Below are positions 48,523 to 58,174 of a stretch of 64,000 nt of DNA, one piece after another; the stretch's first letter is position 1, and each line of letters begins with the position of its first letter. The stretch lies in the IMG/VR virus record IMGVR_UViG_3300020247_000002, positions 1-64,000 of that record. The stretch is one strand, 5' to 3'. Made by a program: the position numbers and the translations under genes. The stretch comes from a virus (taxonomy: Duplodnaviria; Caudoviricetes). Under the pieces are notes generated by a model. The model had not been told where the DNA came from. It was given only the letters and a program-made list of their open reading frames with translations, and ran no database searches.

Positions 48523-49809
48523 ATGAGAACTATGAGATCAAAAGCATTCTTCGTCAATGGTGGGGCAGGGAGAGTAATAAGTTCAATACCAGCATTTGAA
48601 AAATATGCAGAAACTCATGATGATTTTGTCATCATTTGTGAAGGTGGTACTGATTTCTTCAAAGGGCATCCTACATTAGATAGTAGGGTTTACGACCACT
48701 GGCATAAAGGAGTATTCCAAGAACACGTTAAACAAAGGGATTGCGAGAGTCCAGAACCATACAGAGTATGGCACTATTACAATCAGAAGTGCAATCTAGC
48801 ACAAGCATATGATATGGAAATCAATGGGTTAGAAGAACCCAGAGAACTTCCTAAACCTACAATTCATCTCAATAAAACAGAGAGTATTGCTGCCTATAAT
48901 ATCGTTGAAGAAATCAAATCTGTTACTAAAAAAGACAAAGTAATTGTTGTTCAACCTTTTGGTAGATCTGTTGAACAGATGGGAGAGTTTATTGCAGATC
49001 CAACTTCCAGAAGTATGGCTCTTACAGGAGTTGTAGATATCATCAACGCTCTTAAGAAAGACTATGGAGTGATTGTGATGAGTGAGATTCATTTCCCAAC
49101 CGAGGAAAATGAAGACAAATATCCTATTGCTAGACCTCAAATTTCAGATATGAGAGTTTGGGCTGGTGTGATTGAGATTGCTGATCACTTCTTAGGATGT
49201 GACAGTATGGGTCAACACATTGCAAGAGCATTTGATAAGACTGCAACTGTTGTGATTGGTTCAACATACCCAGAGAACATTAGTTATCCAGGCCACAAGG
49301 ACTTTGATATTATTGATGTGGGAGATGGTCGTAGAGAGTATGCTCCTATCAGAATTGCAATGGATGAGAGAGTAGATCGTTTCAATGATGAAGCGATGGA
49401 ACTAAGTAAGAAACAGATTGATGAAATCATTGCATCTTGTAAGAAGAGATTAGGTAAACCAAAATCATATACTGGTACTTACGTTCCCCCACAACAGCAG
49501 GGACAATCTTGTTCACCTCAACAACAAGCACCAACGCAACCACAGATGGGACAAGGAATTGCATCACCAATGCAATCAGGTTTAAATAACTTAATTCCAA
49601 ATCAGGGACAATCTTGTTCACCTCCAAATTGGAATCCTTCTGCAACACAAACAACTAATCCTTTGATGAGTGGTGCTCCTAAACCTACCTTTACTATGGA
49701 ACCACAAAAACCAAAAAAACCAAAGAATAAGAAAGGTTTCCAATCTGAAATTAAAAATCTGTTAAAATCCGATAAAGATAACGCAATTACTATAGAAAAG
49801 AAAGATTGA
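48523..49809 (+). CDS. GT9-like (heptosyltransferase-fold) glycosyltransferase with Q/P-rich tail
   Basis: N-terminal GGAGR loop; IVVQPFG; ADHFLGCDSMGQHIARAFDKTATVVIGST resembles the GT9 A..FIGNDSG.MH.AAA......LFGPT motif. Confidence 0.65.
   Translation: MRTMRSKAFFVNGGAGRVISSIPAFEKYAETHDDFVIICEGGTDFFKGHPTLDSRVYDHWHKGVFQEHVKQRDCESPEPYRVWHYYNQKCNLAQAYDMEINGLEEPRELPKPTIHLNKTESIAAYNIVEEIKSVTKKDKVIVVQPFGRSVEQMGEFIADPTSRSMALTGVVDIINALKKDYGVIVMSEIHFPTEENEDKYPIARPQISDMRVWAGVIEIADHFLGCDSMGQHIARAFDKTATVVIGSTYPENISYPGHKDFDIIDVGDGRREYAPIRIAMDERVDRFNDEAMELSKKQIDEIIASCKKRLGKPKSYTGTYVPPQQQGQSCSPQQQAPTQPQMGQGIASPMQSGLNNLIPNQGQSCSPPNWNPSATQTTNPLMSGAPKPTFTMEPQKPKKPKNKKGFQSEIKNLLKSDKDNAITIEKKD
49498..49624 (+). 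repeat. 22-bp direct repeat encoding QGQSCSP twice
   Basis: cagggacaatcttgttcacctc at 49498-49519 and 49603-49624. Confidence 0.85.
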
Positions 49810-49813
49810 GATT

Positions 49814-51616
49814 ATGACACAATGGATTGCTGCAATCGCTAGAGGTCACAACTCTGGTGTATGCCTACTGAAAGATGGACAATTAGTTTTCTCTATTGAA
49901 GAAGAGAGATTATCAAGAAAGAAATATGATGGAGGTCCTTTTGCCTCCATGATTAAGATATTGGATTATACCGATACACTTGATTATCTTGTAGTTGCAC
50001 ACACGCAACCTTTAGATGAAGCTGGGAGAAATGACTTTACAGGAGAACCTGTCTACGTTGCTCTTGCAAGAAAACTAGGTCTCATTGATCGTAATGCAGA
50101 TGTTTACAAACATCCTCAAGTTGTAGATTACAGTCATATTCACCACAAACTTCACGCTTCTTGTGCTTTCTATAGATCTGGATTTAAGAGTGCAGTATCC
50201 GTTATAGTAGACGGTGCAGGGACATTCATTCCTATGCAGATTGATGGTGAACAGGAAATGACATGGGAGTTGGAAACTATTATTAATTGTGCCTATCCCG
50301 ATAAATTCAAAACTCTATACAAACATCAGGGAGGTAGAGGTCCTTGGGGTGCTGCAAAAATACCTAATTTCCCATCTGAAAGAGAAGATGAAGAAGGCAC
50401 TCATGAATTGATTATAGATGACTCTGCTGGAATTGTTAAGGCATACGAAGCAGTAACACAATACTGTGGATGGGCTCCGATTGAAGCTGGAAAAACTATG
50501 GGACTATTCCCATATGGTCAACAGAATTTAAAGATACCAGATATCTACACCGACTATGATGGTATGAGTGATTGGACTACTACCAATAGAGATCTTATTG
50601 TACCCACCTATCCTAATGGAGCAATAGTAAACAAAGGTAGATTTACAGAATTGAGAGAACCTCAAGATCCAAGCACAGTAAAAGATATTACGAAGTTAGA
50701 TAATCGTAGAGATATGGCTTATGCGATTCAAGTAGAATCAGAACAGATGGTTCTGGATTTGATTCGTAAGGCAGTTAAGATGAGTGGTGAAAAGAATGTT
50801 GTTCTCTCTGGTGGATATGGATTGAACTGTGTTGCAAACTATTGGTATCTTGAACAATTAAAAGGTGAAGGTATTAATCTATTTGTGGAACCAGTAAGTA
50901 ATGATGCTGGAACTGCAATCGGTGCTGCATACTGGCACTATCATAAAGTGACACAAGATAAGGAGGTAAAACCCATCATTACCGATCTATATTATGGACC
51001 TAAGTATGAATACGATACAGAATATATTACAGATCTTGCTAACTATTATGATGCAACTAGAATCTTTGAGGCAACGGATGAAGACGTAGTTGATTTGATT
51101 ATGAAGAAAAATATTGTTGCAATGTTCCAAGGTAAGTCAGAAGCAGGTCCTCGTGCATTGGGTAATAGATCAATCATGTATGATCCTAGAGATCCAGATG
51201 GTAAAGATCATGTCAATACTATCAAACGTCGTGAATACTTCAGACCTTTTGCTGGTTCTATTCTCAAAGAACATGTTCATGAATGGTTCGATCTTCGTGG
51301 TATGGATGAAACTCCATTCATGATGTATGCAGTTAAATGTCAGGACGGAATCAAAGAAAAGATTCCAGCAATTATTCATGTTGATGATACATGTAGAATA
51401 CAGACTGTTACCAAAGAAGTAAATCCAAATTACTATAATGTAATCAATACCTTCTACGAGAAGACAGGATGCCCTATTATCTTCAACACATCGTTCAACC
51501 TAGGCGGAGAACCTCTTGTGGAGACCCTAGACGACGCTCTAAGGACTCTTGCAAACAGTTTGATAGAATACCTCTATCTGCCTGAATATGGTCTCATGAT
51601 CGAAGTAAAGAACTGA
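49814..51616 (+). CDS. O-carbamoyltransferase (CmcH/NodU/TobZ family)
   Basis: EEERLSRKK, HHKLHA, VDGAG, GKTMGL, SGG..LNCVAN, DAGTAIGAA, GPRALGNRS, KRREYFRPFA, NTSFN. Confidence 0.92.
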   Translation: MTQWIAAIARGHNSGVCLLKDGQLVFSIEEERLSRKKYDGGPFASMIKILDYTDTLDYLVVAHTQPLDEAGRNDFTGEPVYVALARKLGLIDRNADVYKHPQVVDYSHIHHKLHASCAFYRSGFKSAVSVIVDGAGTFIPMQIDGEQEMTWELETIINCAYPDKFKTLYKHQGGRGPWGAAKIPNFPSEREDEEGTHELIIDDSAGIVKAYEAVTQYCGWAPIEAGKTMGLFPYGQQNLKIPDIYTDYDGMSDWTTTNRDLIVPTYPNGAIVNKGRFTELREPQDPSTVKDITKLDNRRDMAYAIQVESEQMVLDLIRKAVKMSGEKNVVLSGGYGLNCVANYWYLEQLKGEGINLFVEPVSNDAGTAIGAAYWHYHKVTQDKEVKPIITDLYYGPKYEYDTEYITDLANYYDATRIFEATDEDVVDLIMKKNIVAMFQGKSEAGPRALGNRSIMYDPRDPDGKDHVNTIKRREYFRPFAGSILKEHVHEWFDLRGMDETPFMMYAVKCQDGIKEKIPAIIHVDDTCRIQTVTKEVNPNYYNVINTFYEKTGCPIIFNTSFNLGGEPLVETLDDALRTLANSLIEYLYLPEYGLMIEVKN

Positions 51617-52083
51617 TGAGGGAAATAAAAGAATACGCATACCCATATCAAGAAGATAACACTGAATTAATGGGGGCGATTCTTAATGTTACTTCTCCTA
51701 TAGCAGAGAGTTATGCAGAAAGATCTGAGAATTGTCACATAGCAAAAGGAATCGAAAGTTCACTATCAGTTCAAAGATTTATAAAGTGGATAGAAGAGAC
51801 AACAGATACTATATTAGAAGACATATGGGGAGTTTGGTATTATGATGGTGGTGGTATAAAATGGCATTTACATATGGGAGATTTTAGATACTCATTTGTT
51901 TATTACATACAGGTGCCAGAAAATAGTTCATCAATAATTTTTGCTGAAGATCCAATGAAAGGTAAACAGACTACAATGTATCCTAACCAAGGTATTTGTA
52001 TGATATGGGATAACGATCTCCCACATTGCGTCCCTCCTAGTAATCATAATGGTAGATGCGTATTATCAGGTAACTTAATATGA
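51616..52083 (+). CDS. Putative 2OG-Fe(II) oxygenase (HxH type)
   Basis: WHLH...YSFVYYIQVP...HCVP...R.VLSGNL. Confidence 0.65.
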   Translation: MREIKEYAYPYQEDNTELMGAILNVTSPIAESYAERSENCHIAKGIESSLSVQRFIKWIEETTDTILEDIWGVWYYDGGGIKWHLHMGDFRYSFVYYIQVPENSSSIIFAEDPMKGKQTTMYPNQGICMIWDNDLPHCVPPSNHNGRCVLSGNLI

Positions 52084-53567
52084 AAAGAATTAAAAGATTA
52101 GTTATTGTTGGCGGCGGAACTGCTGGATGGATTACTGCATCTTGGTTTGCTCGTAGATGGGCAAATCATTTTGAGGTTGTAATTATTGATAAGTCCGAAC
52201 CAGAAAGAATTGGTGTGGGGGAAGCAACTCTTCTTAGTTTCCCAAATGTCATGAAGATGATGGGATACAAACCTACAGATTGGTTGAAAGAAGTAGATGC
52301 AACATTTAAGTCTGGTATTCTATTTCCTGGCTGGGGACATGAAGATGCAGAAATTTGGCATCCATTTTCGTTCACAAGCGTAGGTGAATCAAAAACACCT
52401 TTGTATGATATATGGCAGTCATTTCAAGAAAAATATGATCTGAAAGATATCTCACCAATGTATAATTCTTCTTTGAAGAATAAGATTGAGACCAATTATG
52501 TACATGATTCCTATGCCTTTCAAATTGACTGTGGAAAGTTAGTACAATTTTTAATGAGACATACTACACCTTATTGCAAATATATCCAATCTGATGTGGT
52601 AGATATCTACAGAGATGGCAATGCTGATGATATAACAAGGTCAAATATAAAAGAACTGGTGTTAGATGATGGATCAAAAATTACTGGAGATATATTCATA
52701 GATTGCACTGGTTGGAAACAACTTCTTATTGGTCAACATAATGTCGATCTAAGTGACAGATTGTATATCAATGCAGCTCTTGCTGGTAGAGTAAAGTATG
52801 AAGATTATAGAAAAGAACAACATCCATATACTGCTTGCCCTGCACAAGAACATGGTTGGATTTGGAAGATTCCTACAAGATCCAGAATAGGAACAGGATA
52901 CTGTTTCAATAGAGATATCAATGATCCAGATGAAGTAAGACAAGCGTTCTCTGATCATTGGGATGGTAGAATCAAACCAGATGAAATGAGATTACTTGAT
53001 TGGAAACCACAATATGCCAAGAATTTTTGGGTTGGTAATGTAATTCCTATTGGATTATCTGCTGGATTCATTGAACCATTGGAAAGTACAGGACTCGCAC
53101 TGATGATTAGAGGTGTGGAGTATCTCGAAGAAAGTCTTTTTGGTGGATACTTTGATTCTAAAGTAGAGGCACCTTTCTATGATTCTAAGATGAAATGTAG
53201 TTATGAAAGTGCAGTAGATTATGTCAATATGCACTATTCTTACTGCCGTAGAACAGGTAAATTCTGGGATTATGTTAGATCTAAATATAAGAAATCATCA
53301 ATGCAAGAATTGATGGAGGAGTATATTCAAGATCCCAATATAAGAACTCCTCAAACAGGAAAGGTAGGATCATTCTTTGATGGCACTAACTGGCATGTAT
53401 GGTTGTTACAGTTGATGACAGATAAGATTAACTCCAAAGAGTATTGGAAAAAAGACCTAACCGTAGTCCCAAGATTTCTCAATTTTGTAAATAACGATTT
53501 GCGTGAGAATCAAGCAAACTCTGTTATTCAGAGTCAATATATCACACATTTAGATACATTAGAATGA
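52080..53567 (+). CDS. Flavin-dependent halogenase (tryptophan halogenase/PrnA family)
   Basis: IVGGGTAGW, GVGEAT, ATFKSGI (catalytic Lys region), GWIWKIP (WxWxIP), GFIEPLESTG. Confidence 0.9.
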   Translation: MKRIKRLVIVGGGTAGWITASWFARRWANHFEVVIIDKSEPERIGVGEATLLSFPNVMKMMGYKPTDWLKEVDATFKSGILFPGWGHEDAEIWHPFSFTSVGESKTPLYDIWQSFQEKYDLKDISPMYNSSLKNKIETNYVHDSYAFQIDCGKLVQFLMRHTTPYCKYIQSDVVDIYRDGNADDITRSNIKELVLDDGSKITGDIFIDCTGWKQLLIGQHNVDLSDRLYINAALAGRVKYEDYRKEQHPYTACPAQEHGWIWKIPTRSRIGTGYCFNRDINDPDEVRQAFSDHWDGRIKPDEMRLLDWKPQYAKNFWVGNVIPIGLSAGFIEPLESTGLALMIRGVEYLEESLFGGYFDSKVEAPFYDSKMKCSYESAVDYVNMHYSYCRRTGKFWDYVRSKYKKSSMQELMEEYIQDPNIRTPQTGKVGSFFDGTNWHVWLLQLMTDKINSKEYWKKDLTVVPRFLNFVNNDLRENQANSVIQSQYITHLDTLE

Positions 53568-53971
53568 ATAAAATAGTATGGTGCAATGGAACCTTCGACA
53601 TCTTGCATCCAGGCCACATTGAATTATTTAAAGTAGGCAAATCTTTGGGAGACAAACTTATTGTAGCAACAGATACGGATGAGAAGATACGTCAAGATAA
53701 GGGTGAAACTAAGCCCATCAATAACCTTTGTGACAGAATTTCGATGTTACAAGCGATAAAATATATTGATGAAGTTTTTTACTTCAACGATAGATCAGAA
53801 TTGGAGGGGTTGATAGAATTATACTCTCCTGATATACTATTGTTAGGAGATGACTGGAAAGGTGGAGATGTAGTTGGCAGACAATTTGCCAAAGAGATAA
53901 GGTATCTACCTCGCCTAAATTATTCAACAACCGAAATTATCAGAAAAGTAAGGTGCAACAGTTTAACGTAA
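53564..53971 (+). CDS. Heptose-1-phosphate nucleotidyltransferase (HldE/RfaE domain II, HldC-like)
   Basis: NGTFDILHPGHIELF, LIVATDTD, KG..KPIN, GDDW, YSTT. Confidence 0.85.
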   Translation: MNKIVWCNGTFDILHPGHIELFKVGKSLGDKLIVATDTDEKIRQDKGETKPINNLCDRISMLQAIKYIDEVFYFNDRSELEGLIELYSPDILLLGDDWKGGDVVGRQFAKEIRYLPRLNYSTTEIIRKVRCNSLT

Positions 53972-54792
53972 TTGTTATAGGTGATAAGTGTACTGACAAG
54001 TACATCTATGGTGAATGTAGTAGGTTGAGTCCAGAACAACCTGTACCTGTGTTGGACAAATCTAAGGTTGAAGAAAAGCCTGGAATGGCAGGGAATACTG
54101 AGTTAAATCTCAAAGCATTTGGAATCAATACTGTTCTGCTTTCACAGAGAGAACCTATAACCAAAACAAGATTTGTAGATACTAACAGTGGCTATCAGTT
54201 ATTGCGTTTAGATGAAACTCCAAAGGTGAGTAGAATTGCAAATGCAGAATTGAAAATGGCGTTGATGCACATGAACCCTGATGCGATTGTTATATCAGAT
54301 TATGACAAAGGATACATTAACGATGAAGATTTGTGGCATCTATGTCACAATTTTAACAGACCTGTGTTCGTGGATACAAAGAAGCGTAGACTTTTCAACA
54401 AAGATAATGTATTCTGGAAAATAAACAAGAAAGAATACGATGACCTTGTACCAGAAAGTGTACCTGACAGCAGTAACCTTATCGTTACTCTTGGGTCTGA
54501 TGGCGCAATGTGGAATAATACCATATTTAAACCCGACCCTGTAAAAGTTTTTGACGTATGTGGTGCTGGAGATACATTTCTATCAGCGTTAGTCTATGAA
54601 TTTTTAAGAACAAAAAATATGCGGAAGGCCATTGAACTGGCAAATAAAGCCGCTGCAATTACAGTAACTCACCCTGGCGCTTACTATCTGACTAGGAGTG
54701 ATATTATCTCACTATATGGAGAAGAAAATGGAAAAACTGTCGATAGGCAAAGCGGATCTAATGCACCACAGACTGCAAGCGTGGTTGCGTGA
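53953..54792 (+). CDS. Heptose-7-phosphate kinase (HldE/RfaE domain I, HldA-like; PfkB family)
   Basis: RLSPEQPVPV, GMAGN, ITKTRF, LLRLD, VISDYDKG, VFDVCGAGDTF; GTG start. Confidence 0.88.
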   Translation: MQQFNVIVIGDKCTDKYIYGECSRLSPEQPVPVLDKSKVEEKPGMAGNTELNLKAFGINTVLLSQREPITKTRFVDTNSGYQLLRLDETPKVSRIANAELKMALMHMNPDAIVISDYDKGYINDEDLWHLCHNFNRPVFVDTKKRRLFNKDNVFWKINKKEYDDLVPESVPDSSNLIVTLGSDGAMWNNTIFKPDPVKVFDVCGAGDTFLSALVYEFLRTKNMRKAIELANKAAAITVTHPGAYYLTRSDIISLYGEENGKTVDRQSGSNAPQTASVVA

Positions 54793-54940
54793 ACATAGTT
54801 GTCCTGATATTGAATACTTGGGAGAAGAAGAAGATAAGGATGGAGAGTTGAAACACCTCTATCGTATCGGAGAGCATAAAGTATTTCATGATCAAGTTCA
54901 TGAATTAGAAATGGAAGTCATAGATGAAGACGAAGATTGA
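54728..54940 (+). CDS. Small acidic hypothetical protein
   Basis: ORF track gives 54698; a more likely start is ATG 54728 after GGAGAAG; MEKLSIGKADLMHHRLQAWLRE...; overlaps both neighbours. Confidence 0.65.
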   Translation: MEKLSIGKADLMHHRLQAWLREHSCPDIEYLGEEEDKDGELKHLYRIGEHKVFHDQVHELEMEVIDEDED

Positions 54941-55631
54941 ATATATTTTTAGAGTAGATGGATCTGATATCTTCTACACGCCAGAAACAAATGGTGGTGG
55001 AGATTACTTCTTTCCAGAATATCTAAACTTAGTTCTAGAAAACTATGGCAGAGTTCATCATCTCATGGAATGGTGTAGTGGACCTGGATTTATAGGTTAT
55101 GGAATGATGGCAGCTAATGTTTGCGATCAACTAACTTTGTTGGATAAATTTGAACCAGCAGTAGAGATAGCAAAGAAGACTGCTGAGAATTCATTTATAA
55201 AACATGGATTAGATCTTATAGATGTAGAAACTGTATATCACAGAAGAGTCTTTCCTCGTACAACAATATATCATTCTGATACTTGTTCGGTGTTATCTGA
55301 TCACAAAATAGATCTAGTTGTAGGCAATCCTCCCCATTTTGAGTGTAAAGAAGATGCAATAAAAGCTTTGAGTAAGTTAGGTGGGACACCCCTGTTTGAT
55401 AATCACCTGTCAGAAATTTTGTTAGATGCAAATTGGGATGCTCATAGAGATATGTTTAATGAACTATCGACAAGACTCTCAGATAATGGTACAATATGTT
55501 TACAACTTCACTCAGGTGGATCTAGTGCTGATACATTTAGATCAATGGTTGAGGAAGCTGGCTTGAGAATTACTGCAACCTTCAATAGTGTTCAGTATGA
55601 TGACATTTATTACATGGAGGTCAAGAAATGA
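54924..55631 (+). CDS. Class I SAM-dependent methyltransferase (NPPx motif, PrmC/small-MTase-like)
   Basis: MEWCSGPGFIG motif I and DLVVGNPPHF. Confidence 0.8.
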   Translation: MKTKIEYIFRVDGSDIFYTPETNGGGDYFFPEYLNLVLENYGRVHHLMEWCSGPGFIGYGMMAANVCDQLTLLDKFEPAVEIAKKTAENSFIKHGLDLIDVETVYHRRVFPRTTIYHSDTCSVLSDHKIDLVVGNPPHFECKEDAIKALSKLGGTPLFDNHLSEILLDANWDAHRDMFNELSTRLSDNGTICLQLHSGGSSADTFRSMVEEAGLRITATFNSVQYDDIYYMEVKK

Positions 55632-55963
55632 GGTACTGCTTTGATATTGATAATACTATCTGCACACCCACATTGGGTAGGGATTACTCCAAAGCACAAT
55701 CATGGCCAGCTCGTATTGCCGTCATAAATAAATTATATGATGAGGGTAATCATATCACTTATTTCAGTGCCCGTGGTATGGGTAGATTTGGTGATGATCC
55801 AGATGCAAGTGTAAAAGCATCTGCTTTATTGTTTGACCTCACAGAACAACAACTTAAGAGTTGGGGATGTAGATATCACTCTCTGATTCTAGGTAAACCA
55901 CATGCAGATTATTTTATAGATGACAAGGGGGTGAACGCAAATGAGTTCTTTGGGACCAAGTAG
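55628..55963 (+). CDS. Minimal HAD-superfamily phosphatase
   Basis: FDIDNTIC, YFSARG, GKPHADYFIDDK. Confidence 0.82.
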   Translation: MRYCFDIDNTICTPTLGRDYSKAQSWPARIAVINKLYDEGNHITYFSARGMGRFGDDPDASVKASALLFDLTEQQLKSWGCRYHSLILGKPHADYFIDDKGVNANEFFGTK

Positions 55964-56342
55964 AAGACCTCGTAATGCCCGTGCAGCAGAACCAGTAAAA
56001 TATGTCGCAAAAGGTTGGGGATTTGAAAAATGGATCGCCAACTGTGAAAAGTATTGTGGCAAATTATTGTACATTGTAAAAGGAAAACAATGTTCATGGC
56101 ACTATCATAAATTAAAAGACGAAGTATTTTTTGTTCAGAGTGGAAAGATAAAAATATATTACGGATGGGATGATGATATCGAGAAAGCAGAAACTATGAT
56201 CCTCAGAAGAGGTGATAAATTTCATGTACCTATTGGACTAAAACATAGAATGTATGCTTTGGAAGATACGGAACTATTTGAGTTCAGTACAGAACATATG
56301 GATTCTGATTCACATAGAATTTTAGCTGGCGATCTTATATGA
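55941..56342 (+). CDS. Cupin sugar-isomerase-like protein
   Basis: KGWGFEKWI, SWHYHKLKDEVFFVQSG, GDKFHVP.GLKHR, FEFST. Confidence 0.8.
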   Translation: MSSLGPSRRPRNARAAEPVKYVAKGWGFEKWIANCEKYCGKLLYIVKGKQCSWHYHKLKDEVFFVQSGKIKIYYGWDDDIEKAETMILRRGDKFHVPIGLKHRMYALEDTELFEFSTEHMDSDSHRILAGDLI

Positions 56343-56944
56343 TAGAGAACATTACCGACATGATATATGTTGAAAGAGATGTTCTATCTCAAGATCAGTG
56401 TGATGAATTAATAAAATATTTTTGGGACAACACACAGTTACATGATGATGGCAAAGTAGAACATTTTATTGATGGTGAATATAAAGGTAAGTTAGTAAAC
56501 AAGGATCATAAAAATTGTACTCAATTTCAGTTTGAACCTAACCATAAGTATGCAAACTTGATGACACAAGTTATTCAAGACGCATACATGAACTATAGAT
56601 GCGAACTACCAGTATTACCAGCATCAGATCTTGCAATATTAGATTATACAATCAGAGTGTATCCAAAGGGAGAAGGTATATTTAAAACTCATGTAGATCA
56701 ACTAGATGGAGGAACTATATCTAGATTATTTGCCTGCATCATATATCTAAATGATGTGGATGAGGGAGGAGAAACATTCTTTCCTGATTGGAATATTGGA
56801 TGTAGATGTGAAAGAGGCAAAATACTTATATTCCCCTGTAACTGGATGTTCCCACACGGATCTAATATTAATATATCTCACGACAAGTATATACTAACTG
56901 CTTTTATAAATCTAAACTACGATATGCCCATGTACAATGATTGA
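56339..56944 (+). CDS. 2OG-Fe(II) oxygenase (prolyl-4-hydroxylase-like)
   Basis: HVD, IIYLNDVDEGGETFF, IFPCNWMFPHG, KYI. Confidence 0.88.
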   Translation: MIENITDMIYVERDVLSQDQCDELIKYFWDNTQLHDDGKVEHFIDGEYKGKLVNKDHKNCTQFQFEPNHKYANLMTQVIQDAYMNYRCELPVLPASDLAILDYTIRVYPKGEGIFKTHVDQLDGGTISRLFACIIYLNDVDEGGETFFPDWNIGCRCERGKILIFPCNWMFPHGSNINISHDKYILTAFINLNYDMPMYND

Positions 56945-57395
56945 TATTGTAGATTATCCTGATTTATCTCTGAACAAAGAACTGAGATCATGGATAGATT
57001 TTTTGCCTAATGACACAGATGAATTTACTAATCTTGCAGTAGAAAAACATACAGGATACAATACATACCCTAAACCTTTTATTAAGTTAAAAGATTGGGT
57101 TGTAGAAAAATTAGAATTAGATTCAGATAAAATAGAATATCAATTATGGGGTGCTGTATATAATTACGGTGATTTTGCTTACGAACATAGACATGGCAAA
57201 AGTGAGTATTCATTTGTTTACTATGTTTCTACTCCGCCAGGCAGTTCTCCTTTAAACTTTGATGGATATATTATTCAACCACATGAAGGAATGTGTGTCA
57301 TTTTTCAAGATGAACTACATTCTGTGCCAGAAAATGAATGTGATGGTAGAGTAGTTGTTGCTGGTAATTTAAGATATTCGGATACTGATTTATAA
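56937..57395 (+). CDS. Putative 2OG-Fe(II) oxygenase (HxH type), paralog of 51616
   Basis: WGAVY..GD...EHRH, YSFVYYV.TP.GSSPL, HSVP, RVVVAGNL. Confidence 0.7.
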   Translation: MIDIVDYPDLSLNKELRSWIDFLPNDTDEFTNLAVEKHTGYNTYPKPFIKLKDWVVEKLELDSDKIEYQLWGAVYNYGDFAYEHRHGKSEYSFVYYVSTPPGSSPLNFDGYIIQPHEGMCVIFQDELHSVPENECDGRVVVAGNLRYSDTDL

Positions 57396-58174
57396 TCATG
57401 TTGATACCATGAGGTATCTGCACATGTATATTCTTGATACTTACCTTCTAGATGTTTGGGGAAGGGGATTACTTCAATCTCCGCCCCTTCTTTTTTGGCA
57501 ATCAATTCTGCAACCTCTTGGAAAGAGATAGGATTGCCAGTCCCAACATCATAGATGCCGCTCCCTGCCGTATTATCTAGGACAACATCTACCACATCAT
57601 CTACACATACAAAATCTCTAAAGGCATATTCTGAGTCTTCAAAGAGTTTGATTATATCATCCTCTTTTGCTTGTTTGGTAAACTTACTTATAGGACTTGC
57701 TTGATCTCCTTTATGTTCTTCACCTTCTCCATACACGTTGAAGTATCTAAATCCTTGTATCAATTCAAACTCATCTATGTGATCTAGAACCCAATAATCT
57801 ACAGTTGCTTTGCTCAGTGCATAGAAATTTAAGGGATTGATAGTTCCTTTTAAGTATCCAAAGTCAGCATGTATCTTACCATAGACAGATGCACTTGAGG
57901 CATATTTGACTGGAATAGAGTGTTCTATTGCTTTTTCAAATAGTTTGATTGAAAACTCTACGTTGTATTTGTGAATCTTACTTACGTCTGTCTCAGTTGT
58001 ACTTGATATTGCTCCTTGATGAAGGATGTAATCTACCTCATCCCACTTATCATACTGATTCAAGAACTCAAAAGCATGTGATTGTTCTACTTGATATAAA
58101 TTTTCACCTCCAATTCTTTTTGCAAATGCTTTACCTATAAACCCATTTGATCCTGTAAGAATAATATTGTGCAT
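57305..58174 (-). CDS. ADP-L-glycero-D-manno-heptose 6-epimerase (HldD/RfaD-like)
   Basis: ILTGSNGFIG, HQGAISSTTETD, YASSASVYG, PLNFYALSK, FRYFNVYG.GEEHKG, RDFVCVDD, P.HL.GKYQ.YT.AD. Confidence 0.9.
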   Translation of the reverse strand: MHNIILTGSNGFIGKAFAKRIGGENLYQVEQSHAFEFLNQYDKWDEVDYILHQGAISSTTETDVSKIHKYNVEFSIKLFEKAIEHSIPVKYASSASVYGKIHADFGYLKGTINPLNFYALSKATVDYWVLDHIDEFELIQGFRYFNVYGEGEEHKGDQASPISKFTKQAKEDDIIKLFEDSEYAFRDFVCVDDVVDVVLDNTAGSGIYDVGTGNPISFQEVAELIAKKEGAEIEVIPFPKHLEGKYQEYTCADTSWYQHDYKSVSEYLKLPATTTLPSHSFSGTECSSS

